NCBI RefSeq assembly: GCF_006345805.1
Contig: NC_043010.1
Coordinates: 23,746,001 to 23,810,000, forward strand
Origin: Octopus sinensis
Taxonomy: Eukaryota
Length of the DNA stretch: 64,000 bases
Direction: 5' to 3'
The translations under genes and the position numbers were made by a program. Shown piece by piece: positions 63,746 to 64,000 of the stretch (the stretch's first letter is position 1; each line of letters begins with the position of its first letter). The notes beneath the pieces were generated by a model that saw only the letters and a program-made list of their open reading frames with translations, did not search any database and had not been told where the DNA came from.

Positions 63746-64000
63746 AATGTCGAATATAAATATACCATATGGATAGAGTATATATTTTGTATTTTTGATT
63801 TTGATTTTGACTCTTGAACGATGAGCGCTACGATGGATTTTGTTTCCAAGGAATGCGGATCTTAATCCGTATAGCAAAGTCTTATGTTTCTACATATATA
63901 TTAGGAAAAACCTCAACTTTTGTTTTCATGTTATTGTATTATATAGGTACCTTGATTATTTATATTACCTTAATATTATAAATGACCCAAAATAGGATGT

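Noticed and set aside
63845-63875. ATGCGGAT-CTTA-ATCCGTAT hairpin downstream of the GIY-YIG ORF
   Set aside because: A real stem-loop, but the flanks lack CUGANGA and GAAA, so no ribozyme can be called.

Overview
Eukaryotic, AT-rich, microsatellite-saturated DNA. The SINE families and repeat landscape best fit an octopus genome; this comes from recalled repeat sequences, not a database search. No host protein-coding gene can be called confidently, and most ORFs in the track are microsatellite read-throughs. The window is mostly mobile-element debris: several tRNA-derived SINE families, five R4/Dong LINE fragments chained in (TAA)n tracts, a CR1/L2-group LINE, two RTE LINEs, mariner/Tc1 remnants, Helentron-type non-autonomous elements, and Penelope-like termini plus a GIY-YIG fragment. 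Main highlights: (1) Three divergent L1/Tx1-type ORF1 elements (RRM-like region plus CCHC knuckle) with no RT. One is delimited by a perfect 15-bp target-site duplication (TSD) inside a SINE head, showing a complete 2.3-kb ORF1-only unit. Two of them end in a 4-bp-stem/YTTRT-loop hairpin shared, with covarying stems, with the tails of an abundant SINE family. (2) At least four families of minimal type I hammerhead ribozyme motifs, one with an intact core at 31453-31513. (3) A second SINE-LINE tail partnership with a covarying hairpin. Coordinates were read by eye and may be off by a few bases at fuzzy boundaries.
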